Assembly: GCA_031362885.1 (NCBI GenBank)
Contig: JANLTJ010000212.1
Coordinates: 975-64,974, forward strand
DNA from: Betaproteobacteria bacterium
Lineage (GTDB): Bacteria; Pseudomonadota; Gammaproteobacteria; Burkholderiales; JACQAP01
Reading direction: 5' to 3'
Length of the DNA stretch: 64,000 bases
This document shows positions 10,820-23,659 of this stretch, in pieces; positions within the stretch are counted from its first letter, which is position 1, and each line of letters begins with the position of its first letter. The translations under genes were made by a program, and so were the position numbers. Below the pieces are notes generated by a model. The model worked only from the letters and a program-made list of their open reading frames with translations, made no database searches and was not told where the DNA came from.

Positions 10820-11586
10820 AACCTGACCTCGATATGGTTCTGCGCCATGAAACGCTTGACTTGTTGCACGGTCAGTTCGCCATAGTGAAACACGCTGGCG
10901 GCCAGCACCGCATCGGCCTTGCCGAGAACAACGCCGTCAACCAGATCCTGAAGGCCACCGACGCCACCGCTGGCAATGATGGGAATTTCCAGTGCCTCAG
11001 AAAAAGCGCGTGTGATCTCAAGATCGAAACCGGCCTTGGTGCCGTCACGATCCATACTGGTCAGCAGAATTTCACCTGCGCCGGCTTTCTGCATGCGCTT
11101 GCCCCACTCCAATGCATCCAGCCCGGTCGCGCGGCGGCCCCCGTGCGTAAACACCTCCCAGCGCAAGGGCGTCGAACCCGCAACACGCCGGGCGTCCACC
11201 GCAACCACGATGCATTGCGAACCGAATCGCCCCGCCGCCTCTTCGACCAGGGCGGGATTGTGTACCGCCGATGTGTTGATGCTGACCTTGTCGGCACCGG
11301 CGTTTAGCAATCGCCGCACGTCCTCGACTTCGCGCACTCCGCCGCCTACCGTCAGCGGAATGAACACCTGCGCCGCCACTTCTTCGATGATGCGTAGAAT
11401 TAAACCGCGATTATCCGAGCTCGCGGTGATGTCCAGAAACGTCAGTTCGTCAGCGCCTTGTTCGTCATAGCGGCGTGCAATTTCGACAGGGTCTCCGGCG
11501 TCGCGAAAATTGACGAAATTGACCCCTTTGACGACACGACCAGCAGTCACATCGAGACAAGGAATGATGCGTTTGGAAAGACCCAT
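10816..11586 (-). CDS. hisF: imidazole glycerol phosphate synthase cyclase subunit
   Basis: 256 aa. [18 protein letters not shown]...[11 protein letters not shown]. Confidence 0.95.
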   Translation of the reverse strand: MGLSKRIIPCLDVTAGRVVKGVNFVNFRDAGDPVEIARRYDEQGADELTFLDITASSDNRGLILRIIEEVAAQVFIPLTVGGGVREVEDVRRLLNAGADKVSINTSAVHNPALVEEAAGRFGSQCIVVAVDARRVAGSTPLRWEVFTHGGRRATGLDALEWGKRMQKAGAGEILLTSMDRDGTKAGFDLEITRAFSEALEIPIIASGGVGGLQDLVDGVVLGKADAVLAASVFHYGELTVQQVKRFMAQNHIEVRL

Positions 11587-11712
11587 GACGAAAAATTAGC
11601 GGATAGATAAGGTCATCCGACCATCAGGTCGAATCGACTGGCAATCACGGGACGCAGTGGCGCCCGCCAGTGCGGAATCAGGATTACTTCTTCAAGCCTT
11701 GCCCGGCGCTTC

Positions 11713-12462
11713 CTACGAATTCTTCTGCGCAATCAGGTCCGCCAGTTTCTGAGCCTGCGTGAAATCCAGGGTTCCTTCGTAAATGGCCCGGCCCGTAATG
11801 GCCCCCATAATGCCCTCGCTTTCTGCCTCACACAAAGCCTGCACGTCCTTCAGGTCGGTAATGCCGCCGCTGGCAATCACCGGAACCGATAATTCGCGGG
11901 CTAGATCGACGGTCGCCTTGACGTTGACACCGCCCATCATGCCGTCGCGACTGATGTCGGTGTAGATAATCGCCTCAACGCCCAGATCCTGAAATTTTTT
12001 CGCCAGATCAAGCACATCATGTCCCGTCACTTTGGACCAGCCGTCAACCGCGACTTTGCCATCTTTGGCATCGAGCCCAACCATGATGTGTCCTGGAAAG
12101 GCGTAGCAGGCATCATGCAGAAAACCGGGCGTTTTCACGGCAGCAGTGCCCAGGATAATATAACTGATGCCATCGTCGAGATAGCGCTCTACGGTATCCA
12201 GATCGCGAATGCCGCCACCCAACTGAAGCGGAATATCGCCCCCGACCGCCTTGACGACGGCCTTTACGGCCTCCTCGTTCTTCGGCTTTCCGGCAAAAGC
12301 ACCGTTGAGGTCCACCAAGTGAAGGCGGCGTGCGCCCTTGGCAATCCAGTGCTTTGCCATCGCGCCGGGGTCTTCCGAAAAAACGGTGGCGTCCGCCATC
12401 AAACCTTGCTTCAACCGGACACAGTGTCCGTCTTTGAGGTCAATTGCCGGGATGATCAACAT
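11713..12462 (-). CDS. hisA: ProFAR isomerase
   Basis: 249 aa. [20 protein letters not shown]...LHLVDLNGA. Confidence 0.95.
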   Translation of the reverse strand: MLIIPAIDLKDGHCVRLKQGLMADATVFSEDPGAMAKHWIAKGARRLHLVDLNGAFAGKPKNEEAVKAVVKAVGGDIPLQLGGGIRDLDTVERYLDDGISYIILGTAAVKTPGFLHDACYAFPGHIMVGLDAKDGKVAVDGWSKVTGHDVLDLAKKFQDLGVEAIIYTDISRDGMMGGVNVKATVDLARELSVPVIASGGITDLKDVQALCEAESEGIMGAITGRAIYEGTLDFTQAQKLADLIAQKNS

Positions 12463-12540
12463 GATATGGAATCGTTTCGCCGCGCTGGCCGAAGAAAAAT
12501 ATGCGGTATGCCGCTACCGGGAGTGTGAATGCAAATCGTA

Positions 12541-13221
12541 TCAGGCGTTAACAGTCGGGACCGCACGCGCTTTTGCAGATGCGCGTTTGGCCCCTCCCCA
12601 GGAGACAAAATTGGACAACAGACGCAAGCCGGCGGACTGGCTTTTTTCCGGATGAAACTGAACGGCGAAAATGTTATTCCTTGCCACGGCGCAGGTAAAG
12701 CTCGACGGGTAGTGACTGGTGCCCGCCACCAGGCTTTGATCGGGCGTATCGACATAGTAACTGTGCACGAAATAAAAACGACTGCCGTCGGCAATTCCCT
12801 CCCACAGCGGATGGGCAATGGTCTGGTAGACCTGGTTCCAGCCCATGTGCGGGACTTTGAGCTTTTCACCTTGCGGACCCCGGGTTGACGAGAAGCGCAC
12901 AACTTTGCCGGGAAGCACACCCAGCCCGTGAGTATTGCCTTCCTCGCTGCTTTCGAACAACATTTGCAGACCAATGCATAAGCCGAGAAAAGGCTTGCTC
13001 CCGGCAGCCTCAAGCAACGGCGCACGCAGGCCGCGCGCGTCCATTTCGCGCATGCAATCCGGCATCGCGCCCTGGCCAGGAAAGACGACCCGTTCCGCCT
13101 CCAGAATGGCTTGTGGATCACCGGTCACCGCGATGACTTTCGCCGGTGCAACATGTTCCAGCGCTTTTGCCACCGAGCGCAAGTTGCCCATCCCGTAATC
13201 GACCACCGCGATATCAATCAT
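12541..13221 (-). CDS. hisH: imidazole glycerol phosphate synthase glutaminase subunit
   Basis: 226 aa. IAVVDYGMGNLRSVAKALEHV...GLCIGLQML...FHPEKS. Confidence 0.95.
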   Translation of the reverse strand: MIDIAVVDYGMGNLRSVAKALEHVAPAKVIAVTGDPQAILEAERVVFPGQGAMPDCMREMDARGLRAPLLEAAGSKPFLGLCIGLQMLFESSEEGNTHGLGVLPGKVVRFSSTRGPQGEKLKVPHMGWNQVYQTIAHPLWEGIADGSRFYFVHSYYVDTPDQSLVAGTSHYPSSFTCAVARNNIFAVQFHPEKSQSAGLRLLSNFVSWGGAKRASAKARAVPTVNA

Positions 13222-13291
13222 GAACCGGTGTCTGACGTGTCGTATCGACTATTTCCATACACCACAAATTTTCAGAGGCGGCCCCTGATTT

Positions 13292-13879
13292 TCATAGATG
13301 GCCTTTAGTGGAGGGCAGCGTACCGGCGGCGCGCGTATCGAGCTCGACAGCCATCCGCAATGCCCGGCCAAACGCCTTGAAGATTGTCTCGGCCTGATGA
13401 TGCGCGTTGCGTCCCTTGAGGTTGTCGATATGCAGGGACACCAATGCATGATTGACAAACCCCCGGAAAAATTCATGCACCAGATCGACATCGAATTCGC
13501 CGATCAGCCCGCGGGCGTAGTCGACCGAATACTCGAGTCCCGGCCGCCCGGACAGGTCTATCACCACCCGCGACAACGCCTCGTCCAGCGGCACGTAAGC
13601 ATGGCCGTAGCGGCGAACGCCTTTCTTATCGCCGATGGCCTGGCCAAAAGCCTGACCCAGCGTTATCCCGACATCCTCGACCGTATGGTGGGCGTCGATA
13701 TGCAGATCGCCTTTGGCCTCAATATCGAGATCAATCATGCCATGACGCGCCACCTGATCAAGCATGTGATCGAAAAAACCGACGCCGGTGGCGAGCCGGG
13801 ATTTACCGCTGCCATCGAGGTTAAGCCGCACCTCGATCTGTGTTTCCAGCGTGTTACGGGTTACTTGGGCCTGGCGCAT
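13292..13879 (-). CDS. hisB: imidazoleglycerol-phosphate dehydratase
   Basis: 195 aa. [18 protein letters not shown]...[16 protein letters not shown]...NAHHQAE. Confidence 0.95.
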   Translation of the reverse strand: MRQAQVTRNTLETQIEVRLNLDGSGKSRLATGVGFFDHMLDQVARHGMIDLDIEAKGDLHIDAHHTVEDVGITLGQAFGQAIGDKKGVRRYGHAYVPLDEALSRVVIDLSGRPGLEYSVDYARGLIGEFDVDLVHEFFRGFVNHALVSLHIDNLKGRNAHHQAETIFKAFGRALRMAVELDTRAAGTLPSTKGHL

Positions 13880-13919
13880 TGGGATATGCAGTCCGAAATT
13901 GGTCTTATCCTAACTCAAA

Positions 13920-15008
13920 TCACCCCGAAGCCGAGGCGGATGCGGGTTCATCGAGAATTTCACTCACAGCGTCGAGAAGGGCCTGGCACTGTACATCCGT
14001 ACCGACAGTAATTCGAAGGTACGGGGCAATACGCGCCGGATACCTGAAGTTTCTCACCACGATACCGCGCTCACGCAGACTCCGCGTCAAATCCGTGCCG
14101 GCGCGCCCGGCATGACGGACAAACACAAAATTCGCGGTCGAGGGAACCACCTCGAAGCCAAGGTTACCCAGTCCGGCAACCATGCGTTCGCGGCTGTCAA
14201 CGACCCTGCGCCAGGTCTGCTCGAAATAGGCCTGATCCTCGATTGCCGCCACGGCCCCGGCCTGGGCAAAACGGTCCAGCGGATATGAATTGAAACTGTC
14301 CTTGATCCGGTTCAGTGCCTCAATCAGGTCCGGGTTACCGATCGCATAGCCAACGCGCAGTCCGGCGAGTGAGCGCGATTTGGACAGCGTATGCGTCACC
14401 AGAAGATTGGGGTAGCGCGACACCAGCGGCACGACGGATTCGCCGCCAAAATTGACATAAGCCTCGTCGATTACTACTACGGAATCTGTATTGGCTTGCA
14501 GTAGTTTTTCTATTTCCGATGGCGCCAGCACCCGCGCGGTCGGCGCATTGGGGTTGGGAAATATGATCCCGCCATTGGTTTGCAGATAGTCCTCGATTCT
14601 GATCTCGAACGACGCGCCGAGCGCAATCTCCCGATACGCGATTCCATACAGCCGGCAATACACCGGGTAGAAGCTGTAGGTAATGTCGGGAAACAACACC
14701 GGCGCATCATGCTTGAGCAGCGCATGGAAGGCATGCGCCAGGACCTCGTCCGACCCGTTGCCCACGAATACCTGGGCCGCCATCACTTCATGGCGCATAG
14801 CGATGGCCTGCCTGAGCCGCTCACTCAGGGGATCGGGATACAGCCTCAGGGAGTCTCCCACTTCGGCGCGCAGCGCTTCGAGCACGCGCGGACTGGGGCC
14901 GTAAGGATTCTCGTTGGTATTGAGCTTGATCAGGTTGGGCAGCTTCGGCTGCTCTCCCGGGACATAAGGCGTCAGGCCATCCACGACAGCGCTCCAGAAT
15001 CGGCTCAT
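13920..15008 (-). CDS. hisC: histidinol-phosphate aminotransferase
   Basis: 362 aa. [13 protein letters not shown]...[16 protein letters not shown] (PLP lysine motif). 4-nt overlap with hisD. Confidence 0.9.
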   Translation of the reverse strand: MSRFWSAVVDGLTPYVPGEQPKLPNLIKLNTNENPYGPSPRVLEALRAEVGDSLRLYPDPLSERLRQAIAMRHEVMAAQVFVGNGSDEVLAHAFHALLKHDAPVLFPDITYSFYPVYCRLYGIAYREIALGASFEIRIEDYLQTNGGIIFPNPNAPTARVLAPSEIEKLLQANTDSVVVIDEAYVNFGGESVVPLVSRYPNLLVTHTLSKSRSLAGLRVGYAIGNPDLIEALNRIKDSFNSYPLDRFAQAGAVAAIEDQAYFEQTWRRVVDSRERMVAGLGNLGFEVVPSTANFVFVRHAGRAGTDLTRSLRERGIVVRNFRYPARIAPYLRITVGTDVQCQALLDAVSEILDEPASASASG

Positions 15009-16306
15009 CGATGAATCCGGTATTGAGCCGATCTTGCGTGCGCCGCGAGCCCTTCACCCATTGCCAGCTCGGCGGCGATTAAGCCCAGCCTGCGAGCGCC
15101 GGCCGGCGAGACTTCAATCAGACTGGTGCGCTTCTGAAAGTCGTAGACGCCCAGCGGCGAGGAAAAGCGCGCGCTGCGCGAAGTCGGCAGCACGTGATTC
15201 GGCCCGGCGCAGTAGTCGCCAAGCGCTTCGGAGGTATAGCGGCCGAGGAATAGGGCGCCGGCGTGGCGAATCTTTTCCGCCCATCGCAGCGGCTCTTCGA
15301 CGGAAAGTTCCAGGTGCTCCGGCGCGATGCGGTTGGCGATCGCGCACGCCTCTTCCAAGTCGCGGGTTTCGATCAGCGCTCCGCGACCATCCAGCGAGGC
15401 GGCGATAACCCCGGCGCGCGGCATATCCTTGAGCTGGCGATCGATACTGAGGACAACCTGGTCGATGAACCCGGCATCGGGACACAACAGAATCGCCTGC
15501 GCCATCTCGTCGTGTTCGGCCTGTGAGAAAAGATCCATCGCAATCCAGTCCGGATTGGTATCGCCGTCGCAGATCACCAGGATTTCGGAGGGTCCCGCCA
15601 CCATATCTATGCCGACCACCCCAAATACCCGGCGTTTCGCCGCCGCCACATAGGCGTTGCCGGGGCCGACGATCTTGTCCACTTGCGCAATGGTCGGGGT
15701 GCCGTAAGCCAGGGCCGCCACTGCCTGCGCGCCACCGATGGTGAACACGCGATCCACTCCGGATAGGCTGGCCGCCGCCAAAACCAGATCGCTGCGTTCG
15801 CCATTCGGGGTTGGTACCACCATGATGATTTCGGACACCCCGGCGACTTTTGCCGGCAGCGTATTCATCAATACCGTCGAGGGATAAGCTGCCTTGCCGC
15901 CCGGGACATACACTCCCACGCGATCCAGCGCTGTGACTTTCTGCCCCAGCATCGTCCCGTCGGAATCCGTGTATTGCCATGAGGCGAGCGCTTGGCGTTC
16001 GTGAAAGCTGCGTATGCGCGCGGCCGCCAGTTCCAGCGCCTCGCGTCGCGATGCCGGCAAACTCGCGAGCGCCCGGTCCAGGTCGGCACGCGATATCTCC
16101 AATGCGCCAAGCGACCCGGCCGTCATGTTGTCGAACTTCTTCGTGTAATGCAGCACCGCCTCGTCGCCGCGCAGACGCACATCGCGCAAAATCGCCTCGA
16201 CCGCGCTTTCGATGCGCTGATCCTGGCCGCTTTCAAACGCCAGCAACTTCGCCAGCCTGACGTCAAAACCCGCGTCACGGGTAGACAGGCGCGCGATGCC
16301 GGTCAT
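15005..16306 (-). CDS. hisD: histidinol dehydrogenase
   Basis: 433 aa. [17 protein letters not shown]...QAEHDE...[13 protein letters not shown]. Confidence 0.95.
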   Translation of the reverse strand: MTGIARLSTRDAGFDVRLAKLLAFESGQDQRIESAVEAILRDVRLRGDEAVLHYTKKFDNMTAGSLGALEISRADLDRALASLPASRREALELAAARIRSFHERQALASWQYTDSDGTMLGQKVTALDRVGVYVPGGKAAYPSTVLMNTLPAKVAGVSEIIMVVPTPNGERSDLVLAAASLSGVDRVFTIGGAQAVAALAYGTPTIAQVDKIVGPGNAYVAAAKRRVFGVVGIDMVAGPSEILVICDGDTNPDWIAMDLFSQAEHDEMAQAILLCPDAGFIDQVVLSIDRQLKDMPRAGVIAASLDGRGALIETRDLEEACAIANRIAPEHLELSVEEPLRWAEKIRHAGALFLGRYTSEALGDYCAGPNHVLPTSRSARFSSPLGVYDFQKRTSLIEVSPAGARRLGLIAAELAMGEGLAAHARSAQYRIHR

Positions 16307-16953
16307 GATGCCTCCGGCACACTCGCCGCGCGAATGGCGTCGATCACCGGCTGAATCTGCGCTCTCTTGAGCTTGAGTGCAGCCTGGTTCACGATCAAAC
16401 GCGCGCTGATCGGCATGATCTCTTCAACCGCCCTCAACTGATTTGCCTTGAGCGTATTGCCGCTGGAGACCAAATCGACAATCGCATCAGCCAGTCCAAC
16501 CAGGGGCGCGAGTTCCATGGAACCGTACAACTTGATCAGATCGACATGCACACCCTTGGACGAAAAATGCTCGCGCGCGGTCTTGAGATACTTGGTTGCA
16601 ACACGCAGCCGGGCTCCCTGACGCACAGCGGCTTCGTAATCGAAACGTTCCGGTACCGCCACCATCATCCGGCATTTTGCGATGCCCAGGTCGAGCGGCT
16701 GATAGATGCCCATGCCGCCATGCTCGAGCAATACATCCTTGCCGGCGATGCCGATGTCGGCGGCGCCGTACTGGACATAGGTCGGGACATCGGAAGGCCG
16801 CACGAGAATGACGCTGACGTCGTCGCGATTGGTCTGAATGATCAGCTTGCGCGAGACTTCCGGATCTTCTGCCGCAACGATCCCTGCCGCCTTCAGCAGG
16901 GGCGCGGTCTCTTCGAATATGCGTCCCTTCGACAGGGCAATCCTGACGCTCAT
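16303..16953 (-). CDS. hisG: ATP phosphoribosyltransferase, short form
   Basis: 216 aa. IALSKGRI...[21 protein letters not shown]...[12 protein letters not shown]. Length fits the HisZ-dependent short form. Confidence 0.9.
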   Translation of the reverse strand: MSVRIALSKGRIFEETAPLLKAAGIVAAEDPEVSRKLIIQTNRDDVSVILVRPSDVPTYVQYGAADIGIAGKDVLLEHGGMGIYQPLDLGIAKCRMMVAVPERFDYEAAVRQGARLRVATKYLKTAREHFSSKGVHVDLIKLYGSMELAPLVGLADAIVDLVSSGNTLKANQLRAVEEIMPISARLIVNQAALKLKRAQIQPVIDAIRAASVPEAS

Positions 16954-17016
16954 GTTGTTATTCTGCTCAGACGAAAACTTTTGGCGCCGCCGGAGAATAT
17001 TTCGCGGTAGAGGACT

Positions 17017-18520
<1,504 letters not shown>

Positions 18521-18534
18521 AAAGCCGCTTTTTG

Positions 18535-19314
18535 TCAGTGGCGCAACTTGTAGCCGCGTTTGAGCAGCGCCAAGGTGGCGAATGATAAGGCCAAAAGGCA
18601 GCCGCCCACAATCGCAAAACTGAGCTTTGGCGATACGTCGGACACGCCGAAGAAACCGTAGCGGAAGCCGTCGATCATATAGAAGAAAGGATTGAAGTGC
18701 GAAACCTGCTGCCAGAACGGCGGCAGGGAATGGATGGAATAGAACACCCCGGACAAAAAGGTCAGCGGAATAATGACGAAGTTCTGGAACGCGGCAATCT
18801 GATCGAACTTATCCGCCCAGATGCCGGCGAGAATACCGAGCGCGCCGAGCAGGGCGGAACCGAGTAGCGCAAACGACAACACCCAGAGCGGGTTTTGCAC
18901 CGACACCGGCACAAAAAACGCGGTTACCGCGAAAACACCCAGGCCGACCGCAACACCGCGCACCGCGGAAGCGAGCACATAGGCGGCGAAGAACTCGAAA
19001 TGCGACAACGGCGGCAACAGGATAAAAATGATGTTGCCGGAGATTTTCGACTGGATCAGGCTCGATGAGCTGTTGGCGAACGAATTCTGCAGCAGCGACA
19101 TCATGACCAGCCCGGGCACCAGAAACGCGGTATAGCGCACGCCCGGATAAACCTGCACATGCTCTTCCAGAACGTGGGAAAAAATGAGCAGATAAAGCAA
19201 AGCCGTCAGCACCGGAGCGAGTATGGTCTGGAAACTTACCTTCCAGAAGCGCGTAACCTCCTTGCGCAATAACGTGGCGAAACCGGACATCGGTGCGGAC
19301 ATGAGCGCGGCCAT
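18535..19314 (-). CDS. ABC-2 type transporter permease
   Basis: 259 aa with about six hydrophobic segments. Immediately downstream of its ATPase with a 3-nt gap. Confidence 0.8.
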   Translation of the reverse strand: MAALMSAPMSGFATLLRKEVTRFWKVSFQTILAPVLTALLYLLIFSHVLEEHVQVYPGVRYTAFLVPGLVMMSLLQNSFANSSSSLIQSKISGNIIFILLPPLSHFEFFAAYVLASAVRGVAVGLGVFAVTAFFVPVSVQNPLWVLSFALLGSALLGALGILAGIWADKFDQIAAFQNFVIIPLTFLSGVFYSIHSLPPFWQQVSHFNPFFYMIDGFRYGFFGVSDVSPKLSFAIVGGCLLALSFATLALLKRGYKLRH

Positions 19315-19317
19315 GGC

Positions 19318-20277
19318 TTATTCCCGGCGCATGATGCCGACGAAAACTTCCTCGAGATCCGGTTGCTCGACTTCCATGAACGCGACCGTAAGATGGTGCC
19401 GGCGCAGTTCGGCGAGCACGGTTTCGATCTGCGCATAGTCGCGCAACACCAGCAGGTATTCGCCATTGGTTGCGGTGCGCGCCATCATCGGAGCCAACGC
19501 GTCCGGCAATTCTCCCTGCGTCAGGCGCAGGCGCAAATGCGCACCGGAATGGCCTTTCAGCAGGTTCGCCGTGGAGTCGAGCGCGACCAGCCTGCCCTGT
19601 TTGAGCATGCCGACGCGGCTGCACAAGGCTTCGGCCTCGTCGAGATAATGCGTAGTCAGCACAATGGTATGACCCTCGCCATTCAACTGGCGGATGAATT
19701 GCCACAATCCCTGGCGCAATTCGACATCCACGCCGGCGGTCGGCTCGTCGAGAATGATGACCGGTGGTTTGTGTACCAGCGCCTGCGCCACCAGCACGCG
19801 CCGTTTCATGCCGCCGGAAAGGGCGCGCATGTTGGAGTCGGCGCGGCTCGTCAGATCGAGCCGGGACATGACCTCGTCGATCCAGTCGTCATTGCGACCC
19901 AGTCCAAAATAACCCGACTGGAAGCGCAGCGTTTCGAGCACGGTGAAAAACGGATCGAACACCAGTTCCTGCGGCACCACACCGAGCGCGCGTCGCGCCT
20001 GCCGGTAATCGGCCACGACATCGTGGCCCATCACCGTGAGGCTGCCGGCGTCCGTGCGCGCCAGGCCGGCGAGCAGGCTGATGAGCGTGGTCTTGCCCGC
20101 TCCGTTGGGGCCGAGGAGGGCAAAAAACTCACCCTGGGGAATCTCCAGATCGACGCCGCAAAGCGCTTGCACGCTGGCGTAGGACTTGGAGACGCCGCGG
20201 ATCTGGATGGCCGGGATCACAGCGAAGTTGCGGGATAGTTTTACGGGATGCTGTTCCGGGAGGCTATTTAGCCGCAA
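19318..20277 (-). CDS. ABC transporter ATP-binding protein (ABC-2 partner)
   Basis: Walker [10 protein letters not shown], signature LSGGMKRR, Walker B VIILDEPTAG. The true start may be downstream of 20277, near IPAIQIRGVSKSY. Confidence 0.85.
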   Translation of the reverse strand: MRLNSLPEQHPVKLSRNFAVIPAIQIRGVSKSYASVQALCGVDLEIPQGEFFALLGPNGAGKTTLISLLAGLARTDAGSLTVMGHDVVADYRQARRALGVVPQELVFDPFFTVLETLRFQSGYFGLGRNDDWIDEVMSRLDLTSRADSNMRALSGGMKRRVLVAQALVHKPPVIILDEPTAGVDVELRQGLWQFIRQLNGEGHTIVLTTHYLDEAEALCSRVGMLKQGRLVALDSTANLLKGHSGAHLRLRLTQGELPDALAPMMARTATNGEYLLVLRDYAQIETVLAELRRHHLTVAFMEVEQPDLEEVFVGIMRRE

Positions 20278-20551
20278 CAGGAATCAACTCGGTGACCCCG
20301 TAGAGATTGGCAATGCTGGTCAGATTTGCGCCAAAATTGGTGAACAAGATTTCCCGCTTGCCAGCCCGCATGCGCCGCGCCCACTCCAACAGCAGACTGA
20401 TGGCCGAGGAATCCGCCTCCGTCACCCCGGATAAATCCACCACCACGGAACTGCCTTCGAAACTGCTGCTGCCCTCTTCGAGCAAGGCGCTAACGCCGGC
20501 CAGCGTCACCGGGCCTTCAATCAGATAGCGTTCGCCTTGTTTACGGATCAT
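20264..20551 (-). CDS. mlaB: STAS domain protein, MlaB-like
   Basis: 95 aa STAS-like sequence (VVDLSGVTEADSSAISLLLEW) at the last position of the mlaFEDC block. Confidence 0.7.
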   Translation of the reverse strand: MIRKQGERYLIEGPVTLAGVSALLEEGSSSFEGSSVVVDLSGVTEADSSAISLLLEWARRMRAGKREILFTNFGANLTSIANLYGVTELIPVAAK

Positions 20552-21228
20552 TTCTTGGCGCTTGGCGCGGAATTAGCGCTGTTTTTGTTGACGAGACTTT
20601 TGATGAGCCCGTCAATGCCGCCGCGATCGATGTCGAGCGCGAATAAATTACGGTAATTGATGATGAGACTGGCACCCGCGACCCGAACGTCATAGACCTT
20701 CCAGCCTTCAGGGATCAGCGCCATGTCGTAGTCCACGGCTACCGGCTCCGCGCCGCCGGGAAGTTTAATCAGCGTCTGCACGTTGGCCTCCGTGTCACCC
20801 GACTTGAATCTGAACGGCCGATAGTCAACGGTGACGTTGGTGTAGGCGGTAAATGCCGCCGAATAGGCGCGCACCAGCAAGGTACGAAACTCCTTAATCA
20901 AGACTTCGCGCTGCGCCGGGCTCGCTTCGCGCCATGCCCGCCCGACGGCGAGTCGGGTCATGCGTGGAAAATCGAAATGCGGGGCGATTTTCTCCTCGAT
21001 CAGAACGGCGATGCGATCAACCTTGCCGGCCTTGATATCCTTGTCGCCGCGCACGATGGTGAGCACCTCTTCCGTGGTACTGCGCACCAGCACGTCCGGC
21101 GCGCTCGCCTGCGCCCGCGCGTCCAATGCGGTCAGTGCAGCCGAAACCAGCAGAAGCATTCCCATCAGCCACTGCCGTGATCCGCTGTCGATCGCCCCGC
21201 CGTTTCGCTTGTGCATTGCCGACCCCAC
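20548..21228 (-). CDS. mlaC: phospholipid-binding periplasmic protein MlaC (Ttg2D family)
   Basis: 226 aa. Signal peptide (LLLVSAALTALDARAQA), then FDFPRMTRLAVGRAWR, typical of the MlaC/toluene-tolerance family. Confidence 0.8.
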   Translation of the reverse strand: MGSAMHKRNGGAIDSGSRQWLMGMLLLVSAALTALDARAQASAPDVLVRSTTEEVLTIVRGDKDIKAGKVDRIAVLIEEKIAPHFDFPRMTRLAVGRAWREASPAQREVLIKEFRTLLVRAYSAAFTAYTNVTVDYRPFRFKSGDTEANVQTLIKLPGGAEPVAVDYDMALIPEGWKVYDVRVAGASLIINYRNLFALDIDRGGIDGLIKSLVNKNSANSAPSAKK

Positions 21229-21252
21229 AAAAATGTTGATTTTTCCAGAAAC

Positions 21253-21726
21253 TTACTTTTCGGTGCCGGCTTCCGTCGCCTTGCCGTAGAGGAACTGGCC
21301 GATAATTTTCTCGAGCACCACGGCGGACTGGGTGATCGAGAGCCGATCGCCGTCCTTCAGGATTTGATCATCCCCGCCGCCATCCATACCGATGTACTGC
21401 TCACCAAGAAGTCCGGCGGTCAGGATCGAGGCCGAGGAATCCTTCGGGAATTGATAACGTTTGTCGAGGTTTAAAGTTACGCGGGCGCGGAAAGTTTTGT
21501 TGTCGAAGGACACGTCGGCCACACGTCCGACCAGCACACCCGCGCTTTTGACTGGCGCGCGCGGTTTGAGTCCGCCGACATTGTCGAAATCGGCGGTCAC
21601 CCGGTAACTGTCGGGTACGCTGCCCGCACCCATGTTTCCAACCTTGAGCGCCAGAATCAGCAAGGCACCCACCCCGGCGCAGACGAATATTCCGACCCAC
21701 AAATCGAGCATTGAGCGTTCCATCAC
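21253..21726 (-). CDS. mlaD: outer membrane lipid asymmetry protein MlaD (MCE domain)
   Basis: 157 aa. N-terminal TM plus MCE core ([29 protein letters not shown]). Confidence 0.85.
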   Translation of the reverse strand: MMERSMLDLWVGIFVCAGVGALLILALKVGNMGAGSVPDSYRVTADFDNVGGLKPRAPVKSAGVLVGRVADVSFDNKTFRARVTLNLDKRYQFPKDSSASILTAGLLGEQYIGMDGGGDDQILKDGDRLSITQSAVVLEKIIGQFLYGKATEAGTEK

Positions 21727-22520
21727 ACCCCCTGAAACATGAATGCAGTCAATATGAAATCCAGGCCGAGAATAGCCAGCGACGAGGTCACCACGGTACG
21801 CGTGGTCGCGCCCGACACGCCTTCGGCAGTCGGCGGAGCATCATAACCCTCGAACAAGGCAATCGAGGTCACGGCCACACCGAAGACGAAACTCTTGATC
21901 ACGCCGTTGACGATGTCGCCGCGGAAATCAACCGCGCTTTGCATCTGCGACCAGAACGAACCCTCGTCAACGCCGATCAGCACCACCCCTACCAGATAAC
22001 CGCCGAAGATGCCCATGGCGCTGAACATGGCGGCGAGCAAGGGCATGGAAATCACCCCGGCCCAGAAACGCGGGGCCACCACGCGCGCAATCGGGTCCAC
22101 CGCCATCATTTCCATCGCCGAGAGCTGCTCGGTCGCCTTCATCAGGCCGATTTCGGCGGTCATAGCCGAGCCGGCGCGGCTGGCGAACAACAGCGCCGCC
22201 ACCACCGGACCGAGTTCGCGCACCAGCGATAAGGCCACCAAGACTCCGAGCGCGGACTCGGAGCCGTAAATTTGCAGGGTATGGTAGCCCTGAAGTCCCA
22301 GCACCATGCCCACGAACAGGCCCGACACCAGAATGATGATAAGCGACATGACACCGGTGAAGTAAAGCTCGCGGATGATGAGGCGCAGACGCCGCAAACT
22401 GGTTCCCGACTGCAACAGGATCAACAGGAAAAAACGGCTGGCGTAGCCCAGCCGCCATACGCCGTTGATGGTGTGATGGCCGATATTGCTGACGCTCGCG
22501 GTCGCGGATCGCTTCGACAT
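21723..22520 (-). CDS. mlaE: lipid asymmetry ABC permease MlaE
   Basis: 265 aa polytopic protein. [27 protein letters not shown] motif. 4-nt overlap with mlaD. Confidence 0.9.
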   Translation of the reverse strand: MSKRSATASVSNIGHHTINGVWRLGYASRFFLLILLQSGTSLRRLRLIIRELYFTGVMSLIIILVSGLFVGMVLGLQGYHTLQIYGSESALGVLVALSLVRELGPVVAALLFASRAGSAMTAEIGLMKATEQLSAMEMMAVDPIARVVAPRFWAGVISMPLLAAMFSAMGIFGGYLVGVVLIGVDEGSFWSQMQSAVDFRGDIVNGVIKSFVFGVAVTSIALFEGYDAPPTAEGVSGATTRTVVTSSLAILGLDFILTAFMFQGV

Positions 22521-22521
22521 G

Positions 22522-23328
22522 TCAGCCCCCGAGCATCAGATCGTCGCGGTACTGCGCGGCCGGGTACTGAAACGGCACCGGCCCGTCGGGTTCACCATGA
22601 ATGAACTGATGCACCAACGGATCGGTGGAGGCTTGCATCTCCTGCGGAGTACCCTTGGCTACGATTTTTCCGTCGGAGAGGTAGTAGACATAGTCCACTA
22701 TTTTCAGCGACTCCTGCACATCGTGGGTTACCACAATGGACGTCGCCCCGAGCGCATCGTTCAAGCGCCGGATGATATTGCCAATAACTCCAAGCGAAAT
22801 CGGATCGAGTCCGGCGAAAGGCTCGTCGTACATGATGAGCATCGGGTCGAGCGCAATGGCGCGCGCCAGCGCCACGCGTCGCGCCATGCCGCCCGAAAGC
22901 TCCGAGGGCATCAGCCCCTGCGCGCCGCGCAGCCCAACGGCGTGCAGCTTCATCAGCACCATGTCACGGATCATCGGCTCGGTCAGATCGGTATGCTCAC
23001 GCATCTGGAAGGCGACGTTATCGAACACCGACAAATCGGTAAACAGCGCGCCAAACTGGAACAACATGCCCATGCGCCGGCGCATCTGGTAGAGGCCCTC
23101 GCGATCGAGTTTGTGAATGACTTTGCCGGCAACCCTGATCTCCCCGGTGCGCGGTTTGAGCGCGCCACCGATCAGGCGCAGCAGAGTCGTCTTGCCGGAT
23201 CCGCTGATGCCCATCATCGATACCACTTTGCCGCGAGGAATGGCCATATCGATTCCACTCAGAATCGGGCGTCGCTTGTCGTACCAGAAATTCAGACCGC
23301 TGATTTCAACGAGATTGTCGGAACTCAC
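22522..23328 (-). CDS. mlaF: lipid asymmetry ABC ATPase MlaF
   Basis: Walker [10 protein letters not shown], signature [14 protein letters not shown], Walker [13 protein letters not shown]. The track ORF extends to 23436. GTG at 23328 ([14 protein letters not shown]) gives the usual N-terminus. Start uncertain. Confidence 0.9.
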   Translation of the reverse strand: MSSDNLVEISGLNFWYDKRRPILSGIDMAIPRGKVVSMMGISGSGKTTLLRLIGGALKPRTGEIRVAGKVIHKLDREGLYQMRRRMGMLFQFGALFTDLSVFDNVAFQMREHTDLTEPMIRDMVLMKLHAVGLRGAQGLMPSELSGGMARRVALARAIALDPMLIMYDEPFAGLDPISLGVIGNIIRRLNDALGATSIVVTHDVQESLKIVDYVYYLSDGKIVAKGTPQEMQASTDPLVHQFIHGEPDGPVPFQYPAAQYRDDLMLGG

Positions 23329-23659
23329 CGTGATGTCCGTGGCAGAAGACGGCAGGCATTGTAGCGGAGACCGGTACTCGCCGCAGTTTGCCGCAAGCGG
23401 CGCATGCCTTGCGCCGAGGTCGTGGTCGCCGTGCACCTGCCGCCGGCTCGAATTGGTCTGACCGGTTCGAGCATTGCACTTCGAATTTTGCCTCTGCCTG
23501 GCACGGGTTCAGGATCCGGTACGCGCTTCCACGCATCCGTGCCCGGACCATCGGACCTGGCCCGTGCTGACTTTTTAAGCATGGCTAACCTTATGTGGCG
23601 TCTAACTTTTCTGGCACAATCAGGCTCCTGAACCGGATCCCGCCGCGCTTGCAAGCCAG

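Noticed and set aside
11587-11712. 126-nt gap between hisA and hisF (and 70-80-nt gaps around hisH) in an otherwise overlapping his operon
   Set aside because: I checked for a small ORF, hairpin or repeat and found nothing convincing. It is probably just spacer sequence or weak internal promoters.
12456-13121. 221-aa minus-strand ORF bridging hisH and hisA
   Set aside because: It is out of frame with hisH, Cys/Arg-rich, and has no RBS. hisH is clearly the real gene.
15114-15980. 288-aa minus-strand ORF inside hisD
   Set aside because: It is on the same strand as hisD but out of frame, and it is Arg/Gly-rich. The hisD frame has the canonical QAEHDE and HVLPT motifs.
23612-23626. Sigma-54-like TGGCAC upstream of the response regulator (and a second at 23499)
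   Set aside because: At 23612 the GC of the -12 element is one nt too close to the GG (distance 11, not 12). At 23499 the -12 position reads GG. They are kept only as part of a repeat observation, not as promoters.
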